From positions 868,001 through 932,000 of the forward strand of contig LSRY02000037.1 in assembly GCA_001643675.2 (NCBI GenBank): a DNA stretch of 64,000 nucleotides, read 5' to 3'. This DNA is from Monocercomonoides exilis PA203. Its lineage: Eukaryota; Protista; Preaxostyla. A program made the position numbers and the translations under genes. Shown here piece after piece: positions 1 to 12,794 of this stretch. The notes below the pieces were generated by a model. It saw only the letters and a program-made list of their open reading frames with translations, made no database searches and was not told the origin of the DNA. Numbering within the stretch: position 1 is the first letter of the stretch; each line of letters begins with the position of its first letter.

Positions 1-275
1 ATGAAAAATCAAAGAACAACAGAAAAAGCGCCGAAATCATTTCTAACCTTCAAAATTTTTCATTGATATGTTATCTGAAAATCCACTTTCAGTTGATTCA
101 TAATATCTTTGTTGTTATAATATAAACTCAGATAAATCATATTTTATTGAATAAGTGAGACCAACGAAATTAATTGCTTCAATGATTTTTAGAATTTGAA
201 TTTGTAACACTGTTCTTTTTTCCAATAGGAATACTAACGAATGATGTTAATTACCCTTCCATCAATAAAAATATA

Positions 276-1241
276 GGGTCAGAAATTTATCAGTACCAAA
301 AAAATTAATCGGGACCTAAATTTTCTGGCTCTCCAGAGCACTTTTTGAAAAAAATAAATAATAGAAAACTTTCAAAATATTATTATATACTATTCCTGAA
401 AATATATTTTATTTTTTCAATTTGAGTGAAAAGATCTGGTGTTTTTTGTTTTATTTTTCAGATCAAAGACTTGCTCGTATTTTCACGAGCTTTTTGTTTT
501 GAGATTTTTAAGTATTGTTATTGTTAATAAACTCAACTTCTTTATAATTTGGGTTATTTTTTGTTATTAAACACTTCGTTTTTTTATCATTTTATCCATT
601 TCACTAAATTTCGACAAATTGAAGAATACATTTGAATAAATTAGTTTTTTCGTTAATTCAAAAGGGAAAATATGAAAACTATCAATTAACAAAGGTATTC
701 AAAAGGATGAAAATCTTTAATTTTTTATGATCGTGATTTTTTTACAAAAAAACATGTTTTTATGTATTTTTGCATTTTTTGCTTCAAATCACATTCTTTC
801 ATTTCAAAATCTTTGTCACGCACATAACAATCATTTTTTCAACTTTTCTCTAACACGAAAATCCATGACAATTTCAAACTCTACTATTGTTTCTAATTTT
901 GTCAAAAAATCATGAAATGGAAAAAATGATAAAAAAACGAAGTGTTTAACAATGAAAAATAACCAAAAGCATTAATAAGTTCAGATAATTTACAATGATA
1001 TAGCTCAAAACACTTAAAACAAAAAGCTCGTGAAAATATGAGCAAGTCTTTGATCAGAAAAATAAAACAAAAAATTCCAGATCTTTTCACAAAAATTAAA
1101 AAAAATAAAAAATATTTTCTGGAATAGTATATAAAAGTTTAAAAAAGGTTTCCTATTATTTATTTTTTACTGAAAGTGCTCCTGTGAGCCAGAAAATTTA
1201 GGTCCCGATAAAAAAAAGTGGATATGATAAATTACTAACCC
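276..1241. mobile_element. Foldback / large MITE, family A, copy 1 (~330-bp imperfect inverted arms, ~300-bp spacer, no coding capacity)
   Basis: Begins TA|GGGTCAGAAATTTATC..ATCGGGACCTAAATTTTCTGGCTC and ends GAGCCAGAAAATTTAGGTCCCGAT..GATAAATTACTAACCC|TA. Arms ~276-605 and ~911-1241 are reverse complements. Near-identical second copy at 20434-21400. Confidence 0.9.
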
Positions 1242-3399
1242 TATAAATATGAATAATTAATTGTTTGAATCAGACTGTTTTTGAAATAAAAAAAGAAAAA
1301 CGATTCGAAAAATGAAATGAAATAATTGTGAATACTTGATGTTTTATTATTTGATGAAGTCAAATAACACTCCTGCAACAAAGACGTTGTCTAATTTATC
1401 AACTTTTTCTTTATGAACTTTTCATTAAATTGGTTGTTATTGTTTCACTGCGAAATATTTTTTAATCCTTTCCTTCATTAATTTTTTCGATCTGCATTTT
1501 TCAATAACTTCGCATTTTTCATAATTGATAATACTGTGTTGAATTCATTCAAATTATTATGAAACTGACACTTCTTTTTTAAAAAAAGCAACACTTCAAT
1601 AAAAATCTAAAATATAACTCAAAAACAATGAAGTTGGCAAAAATATCTGAAAAATATTTCGAAAAGCAAAATTAATCAAATAATTCCAAGTTGAAATCTT
1701 CCAAACTCATTTTCTTTATTCACACACATTTATAAAGCACTAATCACATTTTTTCATTGAACTTGATTGAGCAAGCTCTGATTTTCTTTTCCGTAATTTT
1801 TGTCGAATATCCATTATTTTCAAGATTCGCACATATTCGTTCTATAACCAAAAAATAAAAACAATTGTAATAATAATTAAAACAAACGTATTCACATTGC
1901 GATTATGAATGATATTTTGACAACATTTCTTTCTTTCTTTCAGAATGAATACTCGATAAAAAACAATTTCATTCTTAAATATTATGTTTCTCACGTTAAA
2001 TATTATTTATCTCCTGTATATTTTCAGCGAAAACAAGTTGCAAACGAAAGATATACCTTATCATTGAAACAACAAGAACGTTTCATCAAACATTTGCAAA
2101 CACATCATATTATATAATAACACACACTCGCAAGCATCAACTCGTCTTGAAATAATTCGTTAAGCTACGATAAATGTCTTTTTTCGTCTGTTTTGAAAGG
2201 CATTTAAAGAATAAATAAATCTGAAATATTTATTAAGGTTTTGCTCCCTTAAATTTTTATTTTTTCTGAGATTTTTGTAATTTATTTATCTCTCCTTTTT
2301 CGTTAAATAAATACATTTTTTATTGAAATAGAATTACAAATAAACTTCTGTTTTCCATTTAAAAGTTTTCCATTCCAAAGTCGCTGAAATCATTTCTTAC
2401 CATCTGAAACTCTCCAATTTCATGCTCAGATAATTATGATAAAACCTAATTCTTTGAAATTTCCAATTCTGAATCTGAAATAGCATGTTCCATTCCAGTC
2501 CTTTTTGCTTTTTGCCCATCATTTTCAGCTTTTTTTCATAGAACCAAGATGATTTTGGAATCAATTGCGCTTTCGAAGCTTCTCCACATGCAATTGGAAT
2601 TTCTATCTTTGCATAATAAAGTTTTTGCGTTCTTGATTTAATTTTTCCATAACAAGATTTTGTAATAACTTTTTGCATTAAGCAAATGTCAGTTTGAGTA
2701 TATTCCTAAATCCGTAATGGAACTGATCAAAACACTAAAAATTTCTTTTTGATAAATAACAAAGTGAAATCAAGAAAGATCAATTAAAAAAATTATTTCT
2801 TTTTTTTATTAATCACAGTGTGCTTTTGTTTCGTCAAAAGTTTCTTTGATATTTCTCAAATATCATGAAATTAAATATTTCTTTTCATTTGAAAAATTAT
2901 ATCAATACAAGATAATGGAGCGTATAAAATTTTGTTTATCCTTCGAGAATTTTAAATTTAAAATGTCTTGCGTTTATTGAAAGTGAGAATGAGCATTGCC
3001 TTAAATGGTTATAAACATCTGAATAGCGAATGGTTCCGGATTTCGCGAAAAGTCCCTGTTTTGGCACCAATGGAATGAAACAAACAGCGTATCACAACCA
3101 AATGATGTTTTTAAATTTGACTGTATTTGTTTCATTTGCAATTCAGTTAAAGATTATGTCTTTGCGTTTATAAAGTTTTAGAATAATCTTCTTCTTTTTA
3201 TTCCTGTGTTTTAAAAAAATATTTGTTGTATTTGTTCCATAATAAACAATTTAACACACATTTTTTTTGGTTCAAGCTTTTCAAAATAGAAATATCAAAC
3301 AAACATATTGTTGAATGTTAAAACGAAAGTGTGTGTATTTTCGAAATCAATAGAATACCTTTGTAACCTGACAAATCACTCAAACAATCGTATATCATA

Positions 3400-5630
3400 A
3401 AAAAACCAATAAGAACAACATCTTGCATTTTTTCCTACAATATGATGATTTCACATATTTTGATTTTGATGAAAAGGGCGGTTTTATCTCCGTTCTTTTT
3501 TTCATCGTGACTTTAACAGTTAATAATTTATTATTTCCACCTGCTTTTCATATTCTTTTTTACAGTTTTCAGCATGAAAGAAAATTTCTGTTTTCGGAAA
3601 TTCAGAGAAAATTTCTGCACAAAATCTCTCAATATGTGGAGATGAGGAGAGGGTGGAGGTTTGCTTCTTCATCTCTGATTAGTGCCATCCCCGAGGAGAT
3701 TAGGTTATAGAAACGGGGCTGACTAAGTTAGAATTTGATCGAAAAAATTTTTTAAAAAAATAAAAAAATGATCAAAACCAAAAAATTTTTTAAAATGAGT
3801 GTTATCAAAAACAAAACAGAACAAGGATTGATAAACATTAGAAATCAAATGATGTCATTTGGTTATTGGCAAATAGAAAATCGTTTGGAACGAATTGCAA
3901 CAATAGTTTCAGATGGAAAGGCAAGGATAGTGGATGCAGCCAATCTGCATGAATTCAGCCATTTTGTCATTAACAGAGCAATTGCAGCTTTGGAAAACAA
4001 AAGAAAAGTCTGCAAAATAGTTCACCCAGAGCTATTAACAGATAAAGAATAAAAACAGTGAAGGATGTCATTCGCTGCGAAAGTTCAAGTGGAGTGAGCA
4101 TTTCTGTTACTCAAATAAAACATTTGGTTTTCTTTTTCATTTGTAAACAAACATCAATTTATTGTTATCTTATTTTAGATGGAATCTGTAATTTCTGATA
4201 GACAAAAAACTATTTAAAGAAGAAAAAGAAAAAATTGAAAATTCGAAGTCAACGCTCTTCTCATTCATTAAAAGGAATCCACACCTTTAATAGTCTCTTC
4301 CAAGGAACGTTGATATTCAACGATTAGCTGTATCAAATAAACAAACCCTCCAGCCTTTCTACGAACTTCTTCAACATCTTTATAACACTCACAAATATTC
4401 TTCTTCATTGATATTTAATACAGACGAATTTTCACTTCTCCTCTCAGACACCACCAAAAAGCTTGTTGTACATCCTTCAGATTCACCAGCTGGGTTCAAC
4501 AAAACGCCCATGAATATGCCAAACGCCACATTGTGCGTTGCAGCTGCTGCAGACGGTTATTCTTTGAGAAGTTTCGTTTTATGGCCTTCAAAGAAGATTC
4601 CAGCCTAACTGTGTGTGATGCTCAGCTCTTTTATGAATATTTAGGAAGATAATGATGGCAGGATGACCGACGCAATATTCAGAAGATACGCAGAAGATGT
4701 TCTCCTTCCAGTAATCGTGGAAAGACGAACTCTTTTGAACAAAGATGAAGAAAATTGCCTTCTTCTGCTGGACTCTCATCCATCGAGAGCTCAGCTTGAC
4801 ACTCGGCAAAAATTCGCTGATGCCTCCTTCGATGTGGTCACTTTCATCCATCACAGCACACACATCACTCAGCCTCTCAACCGTGGAGTATTTGCAGTTT
4901 TCAAAAAAAAGTTTTAACACAAAATATGTCGTTCCTTCTTTTTCATCTGTCTCTCTTCGAAGAGAAGCATTTGCAGATGATCTTCCCCAGGCTCTGCAAA
5001 CAGCATTATTGCCTGAAACAATTGTTTCTTCGTTTGTCAAAAGCGGAGTGTTGTCAAATAAATGGCACGCTGTTCTTTCCACGTTGCCTGATGAGCCTTC
5101 TGTCACCCTTAAGAAAAAGAACCACAGATTTGTTTTTCATGGGAAAGTATTATTTCCTACTAAAAATTTTTGGATGAATGGAGAAATCATATTAAAATGA
5201 TAGAAGAGAAGATCAGGAATGATGATAATGAAAAAATTTGAGGGAAAAAAAAAATTTGCGGATGAAAAACCAAAGAAAAGGGAAATAACACTTAAACAAT
5301 TATTTGAGATGATAACTCTGGAGATGAAAGAAAACAAGAAAATTCCAGAAAAATAATCAAGAGAGAGTTGATTGATTATATTTATTTCTTGTGAACTTTT
5401 TTTTTGAAACAAACATGCTTTCATGAAAAATAAATTTTTTTTTATTTTTTCATTCACAAATAAAAAACCATCCAGATAAAAAAACCACTCAATTCACATT
5501 CTTGATGAAATTGGAAATTAACTTTCTTTCGTTTCCTTTTCATTTTTCTTTTTTTTTCTTCATTTGTTGCATTTGTTTGTTTTGAAAAAAAAGACATTTT
5601 CAAAAAACAACTCAACAATCACTTAAGAAT
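3400..5630 (+). mobile_element. Decayed pogo-like (IS630-Tc1-mariner related) DNA transposon, copy 1
   Basis: Whole segment is homologous to the inverted copy at ~49270-51530 and carries a transposase relic. Exact termini/TIRs could not be defined. Confidence 0.75.
3768..5380 (+). pseudogene. pogo/Fot1-like DDE transposase (HTH-psq + CENP-B-type HTH + DDE_1), frameshifted and with stops, probably one short intron
   Basis: Motifs in order: IVDAANLHEFSH..HPELLTDKE (psq-HTH/linker), FIKRNPHL, IFNTDE (first D), TLCVAAAADGYSL..VLWP, GRMTDAIF, LLLLDSHPSR, HHSTHITQPLNRGVFAVFK. 35 residues between the second and third catalytic positions; the third D is N in this copy. Confidence 0.85.
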
Positions 5631-6269
5631 ATATGAATTGCACAATTTTTGTGTAATTATGAAATTTTTGAAAAATTTTGAATTAAGAAAATATTATTTT
5701 GTAATAATCAAGTTATTTTGAAATTTTTCTGAAAAATTGAAAATAAGGCAGTTATTTTAAGTTTCACCAACACATATCAAATTTAATAAAAATTGAGGGA
5801 AGATCAAAATTTTTCATAAAAAAATTTTGCAATAAAAAATAGCAGTTTATTTATCATAAATATTATTAAATATGTTTTATACAAATTTCAGAACATTTAA
5901 CAACAAATAATGTGAAATATATCATTTTTCATATTTTCGTGACAATCGTGAAGAAAAAAAATTTATTATTTTTCGTTTTATACGATTATTGAAATGTTTC
6001 CACGAACAATAAATGATTGTCATTATTCAAAGCATTTCAAAATTTCAATAAAATGGTTTAAATTACTGATTTGCAAATATCTGCAGAATACATCAAATAT
6101 GAAAGAAGAGAGCAAATAAAACTCAAAAACATTTTAAATATTGATGTCATGCACAATAATGAATATTTCATGGAGAATAATAATGCAAACGTAAGAAAAA
6201 AGTTCAAAAAAAGGAAAGAAAAAATAAAGTTTCATTTTGATAATAAATCAGCATTATGTTTTGCTAATA

Positions 6270-7800
6270 GAATTGACAAAATCTTCCAAAGATTCATGCA
6301 AATCTCGTTGTTTCTTTCTCTTCCTTTTTCTCTTCTTCTTCTTCTTCAGCACATTCCTCTTCTCTCATCCTCTCAAACATTCCCAGAGACAGCATTTGCA
6401 TGGGCACAGGAGTTTTTTCAATGATGAAAAAATTAGAAGAACATCAGCTTGATTTCAAAATTTTCTCAGTATCTTTTCAATGAAGCAGTTGTGAGTTCAA
6501 CTTATGTCAACTCTACCTCAAGAAAAGAAGTCACCACAGACCAGTTCCTCTTTTCTCTCTTCTTTCAAGCCATCAAAAATTTCATTTCCACTTCTCAATC
6601 ATTTGCCAAATTTCTTCTTCTCCTGAATCATCAATTCCTTGATTTCATTTTCGGCTTTTAACAAGATTCGCCCGATATGCCTTCTAAAGCCTTCAAGATA
6701 ATTATCTTCGTTTCCTTTCCTTTCATTAATATTTCACGCCCACTCACTCCTCCATGCGCCACTTCAATTGTTGTTTTCTGACTTCTTTAATGCATTTTTC
6801 ATCCTCTCTTTCCATATTCTATAGGCACATATTCGCAGTAAATAAACCTAAAAAATTCCTTGTTTCATCAAAAAATAATAACAAACGATGTAATTTAAAA
6901 TAATCAAAACAAGCAAACCTACATCTTTTATGATGATCATTCTTCTCAAACTTTCTTCTTCTCCTCCAAATATCGTTCATTTCTGCTAACAAAACCCATT
7001 TGTCTCGTCTTCGTTTCCCTTCTGCTTCCTCAAAAAATATCAGCCAAAGCCCAACTTCTTGTCCTGCTCCTCCTCAAATCACTCAACCAGCTCCATTCTT
7101 TTAAAAAAACTAGCAATGAAGATGATTCAATCAGAAGAATCCTTTCCCATCCCTTGCCCAAATCTTCTTCTTCTTCTTCTCTCCATTTCCCCTCAAAACA
7201 ACAACAATACCATCCCACCAAATATCACAATCCCTGTCTTCCCAGCTCCCATTCCCCTTCTACCAACCAATATAGAATTAATATCTCCATCATTTTTCTG
7301 TCTCTTTCCATTGCAAGACACCTCCCATTGTCAGCTCCTCGTCTTCCTCTGTTTCCACATCTCCAATGCAAAGTGTTGCGCCTGATGTTCCTTCTCCCTG
7401 TCTTCCTCCGCCTCGGCCTCCATCCCTTGCTTTGCAAATGAGAGGCGCGACCAAACGGTTCACTAAATAAATTATATAAAAATATGAAGAAAATTTTCTT
7501 TCATTTTTCTTCTTCTTCAACCCCTCTTCCCTCTCAAACAATGCATACATCCACATATACTCTTCCTCTTGCTCTGCCTCATGTGCCTCCTCCTTCTCTC
7601 GATACATAAAAAAAATAATCCCTTTTCCATCTTCTCCCTATATCTTTTCAACTCTCATCTAACTCTTGTCGTCCCCTCCAAAGAGAATATATTCCTTTCA
7701 CTCCACCCATCTTCCGCCCCTTTGTTCCCCCCTCGCCTCACACCACCTCCTCCACATCAAATTCCATTTCTCCAACAAATAACACGACCTCTGCACCTTC
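6270..7800 (-). pseudogene. Probable decayed E/K/G-rich coding relic, product unknown
   Basis: Strongly purine-skewed minus strand with short E/K-rich ORF pieces (e.g. 7290-7607) and many stops. No recognisable domain. Confidence 0.25.
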
Positions 7801-7895
7801 CAACTCACAAAAATTGAAAAAACAACCCCTCAAAATCTTATCCCAATCCATCCCCAGCACATCCATTTTGCCTCTTAAACCTCCTTTAAACACCT

Positions 7896-8152
7896 GGGTG
7901 ATTATTTTTGAAATCATATCTTTTTTCGGGGTGTTGACTTTTCAAAGATTGTTGGTTATTTGAAAGAAAATTTTAATGCAAAAGAGAAAAAGCATGATAA
8001 TTGTATTTCAAAATAAATGATTTTTCCGAATCAAAGATTAAAATGTATTCAATAAGCCTTTTCACTTTTCAACGTTCATATGAAATTATTCAAGATAAGT
8101 TTTTGAACCGAAAATTTTGTATGAAACAATATGTTTTCAAAAATAATCACCC
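7896..8152. mobile_element. MITE family B, copy 1 (257 bp, TIR GGGTGATTATTTTTGAAA, 4-bp TSD ACCT)
   Basis: acct|GGGTGATTATTTTTGAAA ... TTTCAAAAATAATCACCC|acct; interior homologous to 8913-9168 and 40986-41241. Confidence 0.9.
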
Positions 8153-8912
8153 ACCTCTTTCTTCCCCAAAAAAACATTTTTTAATCGTTCCTTTCCCTCC
8201 AAAACCTTGTCTCCCCCAAAAACTCAACTCCATCACACCATACCATAAATCCATCTTTTTGTTATCGCATTGTCTTCATATGCCCATTCAGCCACAATAC
8301 AGAGCTGAGCCTTCTTTTCTATTTTTGCAGAAATAATGTGATGGGAATGATCAATCAATGTCAAATGCTCAGAAACTATAAACGGAATGAGATTCCGAGG
8401 GATAAACAAGGACAGATTGACGAAATGAAATATAGCAGCTAAGAAGGATGACTTTGCAAATGCGATACTTATTTGAAGAAAATAAAAGTTGTTCATTTTG
8501 ATTTGTGGAATTCTGCGGAGCAACTATATATTCTATGTGAATAAGAAATTTTTGGCGTTGTATTTTTTTATTATTCAATTGATTGTTATGATGTTTCCAT
8601 CCGTATCCTCCCCAAAGTCGTAATTCAGGCAAATTATTTAACTTGGACAACTTCTTCTTTACAGACGAGAACGGTGAGGAAGCAAGCCAAATGTTTTCAA
8701 ATAAATATATGAGAGCTTGAACATATATTATAACAAATATTTATGCACTTATTTTGGACGAAACATGCGTATTGGATAGAAATATGATGAAAATGAATTT
8801 TGCGAGAACGAAGAGCTTCTGGATGTGGAAAACTTGTGGACATAAGAGATTTTTTTTAACTTACGACGATGATGAAAGACTCTGTCCGAAGATAAATTTG
8901 AAATTGATATTT

Positions 8913-9168
8913 TGGTGATTATTTTTGATACCATATCTTTTTTCGGGGTATTAATTTTCAAAGATTGTTTATTTTTTGAAAGAAGTTTTTAATCCAAAAG
9001 AGAAGAATTATGATAATTGTTTTTTAAAACAAATGGTTTTTCCGAATCAAAGATAAAAATGTCTTCAATAAGCCTTTTCACTTTTCAACGTTCATATGAA
9101 ATTATTCAAGATAAGTTTTTGAACCGATAATTATGAATGAAAAAATTTGATTTCAAAAATAAACACTT
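8913..9168. mobile_element. MITE family B, copy 2 (4-bp TSD ATTT, eroded termini)
   Basis: attt|tGGTGATTATTTTTGATA ... TTTCAAAAATAAACACtt|attt; interior nearly collinear with copy 1 (e.g. AATAAGCCTTTTCACTTTTCAACGTTCATATGAAATTATTCAAGATAAGTTTTTGAACCG). Confidence 0.85.
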
Positions 9169-10134
9169 ATTTTGGAAGAAATAAATGATGAAAGAAAAAA
9201 ATGAAGAAAAACGAGGAAAAAAGGCTAAACAGGAAGTTTGACGACAAGCTCAAATGAAACTGCACTTTTGTTGAAACAAGAACTAAGAAGAATAGAAGAA
9301 AAGACGCTGTGCTGTTGAAATACATCAATGAGATCTTTTTTTAAGATATTTCATTTTCAAATTTCTTTTTTGGAAGAATTCCTGCAAAAAAAATATTTGA
9401 AATTGAAATGAATATCGTTTATTGTGATTTTTTCCCAATTGTTCATCAAAAAATACAGAGTAAGAAAGTTTTGTTTGAATATTTTTAATTAATCCCTTAA
9501 AAACATTTTTCATAAGTCTTTTCAACAAATTTTAATAAAAAAATATCAGCGCACTTTTCGATAAAATGTTTTGAAAAACTTCATATATATTCATTAAATA
9601 TTTTTTCACAGAAAAAATTTGTCTCCCTGAGTAATTGCAAAATTCCCCAAAAATTTCAAAATTTCCATAGACAATTTCAAAATAATTGGGTTATTTTGAA
9701 ATAACCCAATAATTTTAAAATTTTTTTTAATTTCACAATTCATCTAATGAAATGTTGAAAATAGAAAAAAAAAAAAAGAAAAGAAAAAAGGTTTTTGAGT
9801 TTTAAACACAATTCATTTCATTTTCTCAAACATTCACAAAATAATCTGCAACATTCAACGATAATAAACTATCATAATGACATCGAAAAAATTCTAAAGT
9901 TTCATGAAAGCTGGTGACGACATCTTCGAACCCTTCTTCTTCCATCCTTTCAAGCGCCTTCTTTTCTGTTGTCTTTCTTTCTTTTTCGTCGAATTCACAA
10001 TTCTCATTTTCTTTCAATTTTCTGGAAATCGTAATAAAGAATTCCAAGAAATAAAATATCATTTCGTCAGCCATTGTTGATTTTGGAATCACCTCCAAAA
10101 AGACTTCGATTCCTCGACATTTAATCAGGTCATC

Positions 10135-12794
10135 GGCATAAGTGTAAAAAATACCTCCCCAATTTCATGATTTCTTTCATGATAATAAGTGACAGTAAAT
10201 AACATAAAAAAACAACACTTTTGGGTGGAGCAGTTTTTTGAGATATCAACATAAAATATCAAGAACAAATATTTGTGATCTGTCCCATAATTAAATTTTT
10301 TATTCAAACTTTTTTGCTTAAAACTTTAATGCCTGCAAATTGAAAGTTTATCTTTGGATTTGATAACACAGCACTTAAATGCTTTTCAATTGAGGTTTGA
10401 AATTTACACTTTATTGTTATTTTTAAGTGCAATGCTTAAAAATTTTTTATAACCTTCTTAATAAGGAACATCCACATATTCATTCAATTTATTTTCGAAA
10501 ATATTAATATTTTTAAGCTTTCGAAGTTGTTATTAACGTATGGAATTAATCTTTCGTTTTTTTAAAGTGAAAAACTTGTTTATCTGGAATTTATTTTTCA
10601 TTAATAAGAAAGATTATTAGTGAAATGAAGATAATCATTTATGTTCAATTTGATTAAATTTTTACATATATTTTGATAATTTGATATTTAGCTCATTTCA
10701 TTCGTATGTGATTATCTTTTTCAGTGATAAATAATTTCGGAATTTTAATAAGAAAGTGAAGTGAAGATGATTTTTTTAATGTTGCATAAAGTTTAAATGT
10801 TGAAAAGGAAAAACCTTTGATTATACGAATATATTTCATGTTCACAAACAGAAAAAAATGATGCAACTTTTTTTTTGATGTTAATAAAATAGTTTACTTT
10901 TAAAAACCTCAAGTGAACATCTAAAAATAAGAAATTTTCAACACCTATTGACACTTTTCCAAAAATGAAAACAGTTATACAAACCACAACATAAACTATA
11001 TCATTTCGTCTATCTTTTTCATATTTTCATCTTTTCTGATAGTATTCTTTTGATTTCCTTTCTTTTGCTTCAACTTTTTTGTCTCCAGATCAATCTCTTT
11101 TTCTAATAGAACAGGTCATATTATATAATTAGACTATCTTTGATTTATGAAATGTGGAGAAAATAAACATGAAGCGAACTTGAATATGCTTGTCTGAATG
11201 AAATAGCTATTCAGAAGAGACAGTGCTGAAAGTGCGAGTTAGAAAGAAGGATCAAGTTGTCAATGAGGCATTACGAATGCTCTGTCGATTTCATTGTTTC
11301 GAGGAAGTTCTTCAGTGACGAGGCAAGCGTGGACAAGTCTTGAAGAATAGTGAAAGTGTAAGATTCAGAAAAGGACACTCCCATTGTTTCCTCAACTTGC
11401 AAAGTCGGAACTTCATAAGGAGCTTCTGAAATGAACTTGAAAGAGTTAGAAGTGTGGGAAAGACTTCTTTTTGATGTTGAAGTCAATGACTTTCAGGCAC
11501 ATGGCTTCGTTTCGCAAGCAGAACCTGTGCGAATGATGAATTTCGCTCTGAAGGAATGGTCTTCGATGGAGATGACAGATTCAGTACTCAGGGGAGTGAG
11601 TATTGGAGGAGGGGAATGAAGCCAGTGAGGGCATACTCGATGGTGGCACATGGGTTTTGCTGTGTTTTGCTGCAGGCATCTTCATCAGTTCCACTGCTGG
11701 CAACGGTTTTGTTCTGGTTGATGATTGGAAGGCAGCCATTGAACTCAGCATTATCAGCTTGTCCATTGTTCCATTCTCTTTGTGTCGGGGTTGTTGATCC
11801 GCATTGTTGGAAAGGAGATTGTGTGATATCACTTCCGAAAAAGAACACATCGTTTCCTCTTCCATTTGTTGCAGTATTTCCATCGAAGAAACAGAAAGTG
11901 ATGAATTTAACTCCATTCATCCAGGAATAAGGAGGATAAAAGTAAATGGCAGCGCCTCCGTATGTGGAAGAGGCAGTCAGATTGTCATTGATGAACTGGC
12001 ATTCAACATTGAAATCTGACTTGGTTTGTTGCTTGGAGGATTATTGAATGTTAGAAAGCTAGCAGAATCACCACCAGAATTTGCGCTACAGATGCAATTT
12101 TTGAACAAGAATTTTGCATCAGATGGCATGTTATCGAGAGCAAAATACCAACCAGTTCCAATTGTACTTGTGATTTTACAACTTTCAACTCTGTTTTCTG
12201 AAAATGAATAAGCAGAATTGGATTGTGGATAAGCAATGCAATTTGCTCCTCCATGTAAAGCCGAACAACTTGAAAAATTTGATATTGGAATGTTAGCATT
12301 TTTCAAAAATTTCCAGATCATGAATGTTTTTCCTTTGTCATTAAGAAATCAGTGACAATTTTTGATTTTTTGCAGTATGAAATAGAATATTGCTCTCTCA
12401 TGATTTGATTGCAAGTAAAAATACCATGATTGATCTTTGAAGGGAATGTATTTAATACACAGATGTTCCTGCGAAAATTGAAATTTCTGAAAATACAACA
12501 TGAAAAATAATAAAGATTGTTCAATTTCAAACCTCAATTGAAAAGCATTTAAGTGCTGTGTTATCAAATCCAAAGATAAACTTTCAATTTGCAGGCATTA
12601 AAGTTTTAAGCAAAAAAGTTTGAATAAAAAATTTAATTATGGGACAGATCACAAATATTTGTTCTTGATATTTTATGTTGATATCTCAAAAAACTGCTCC
12701 ACCCAAAAGTGTTGTTTTTTTATGTTATTTACTGTCACTTATTATCATGAAAGAAATCATGAAATTGGAGGAGGTATTTTTTTACACTTATGCC
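10135..12794. mobile_element. Non-autonomous Pack-type DNA transposon: ~270-bp near-perfect TIRs (10135-10404 / 12523-12794), GG..CC termini, 8-bp TSD AGGTCATC, captured host gene fragment inside
   Basis: aggtcatc|GGCATAAGTGTAAAAAA ... TTTTTTACACTTATGCC|aggtcatc. The near-identical ORF-track peptides MNKKFNYGTDHK.. on opposite strands are the two TIRs. No transposase motif inside. Confidence 0.93.
11190..12520 (-). pseudogene. Captured, decayed fragment of the Cys/Gly-rich receptor ectodomain family
   Basis: FSSCSALHGGA.., FCFFDGNTATNGRGNDVFF..GSTT..LP..VASSGTDEDACSKTQQNPCATIEYAL parallels FCLFENNT..AADIY..LST..YLP..ISNSGRNVDTCGRTGSECQTVEYGV in the 2646-aa ORF. Confidence 0.8.

Noticed and set aside
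1250-3400. Short ORFs 1905-2117 and 2397-2678
   Set aside because: AT-rich, no motif or paralogue in the window; at most very old relics.
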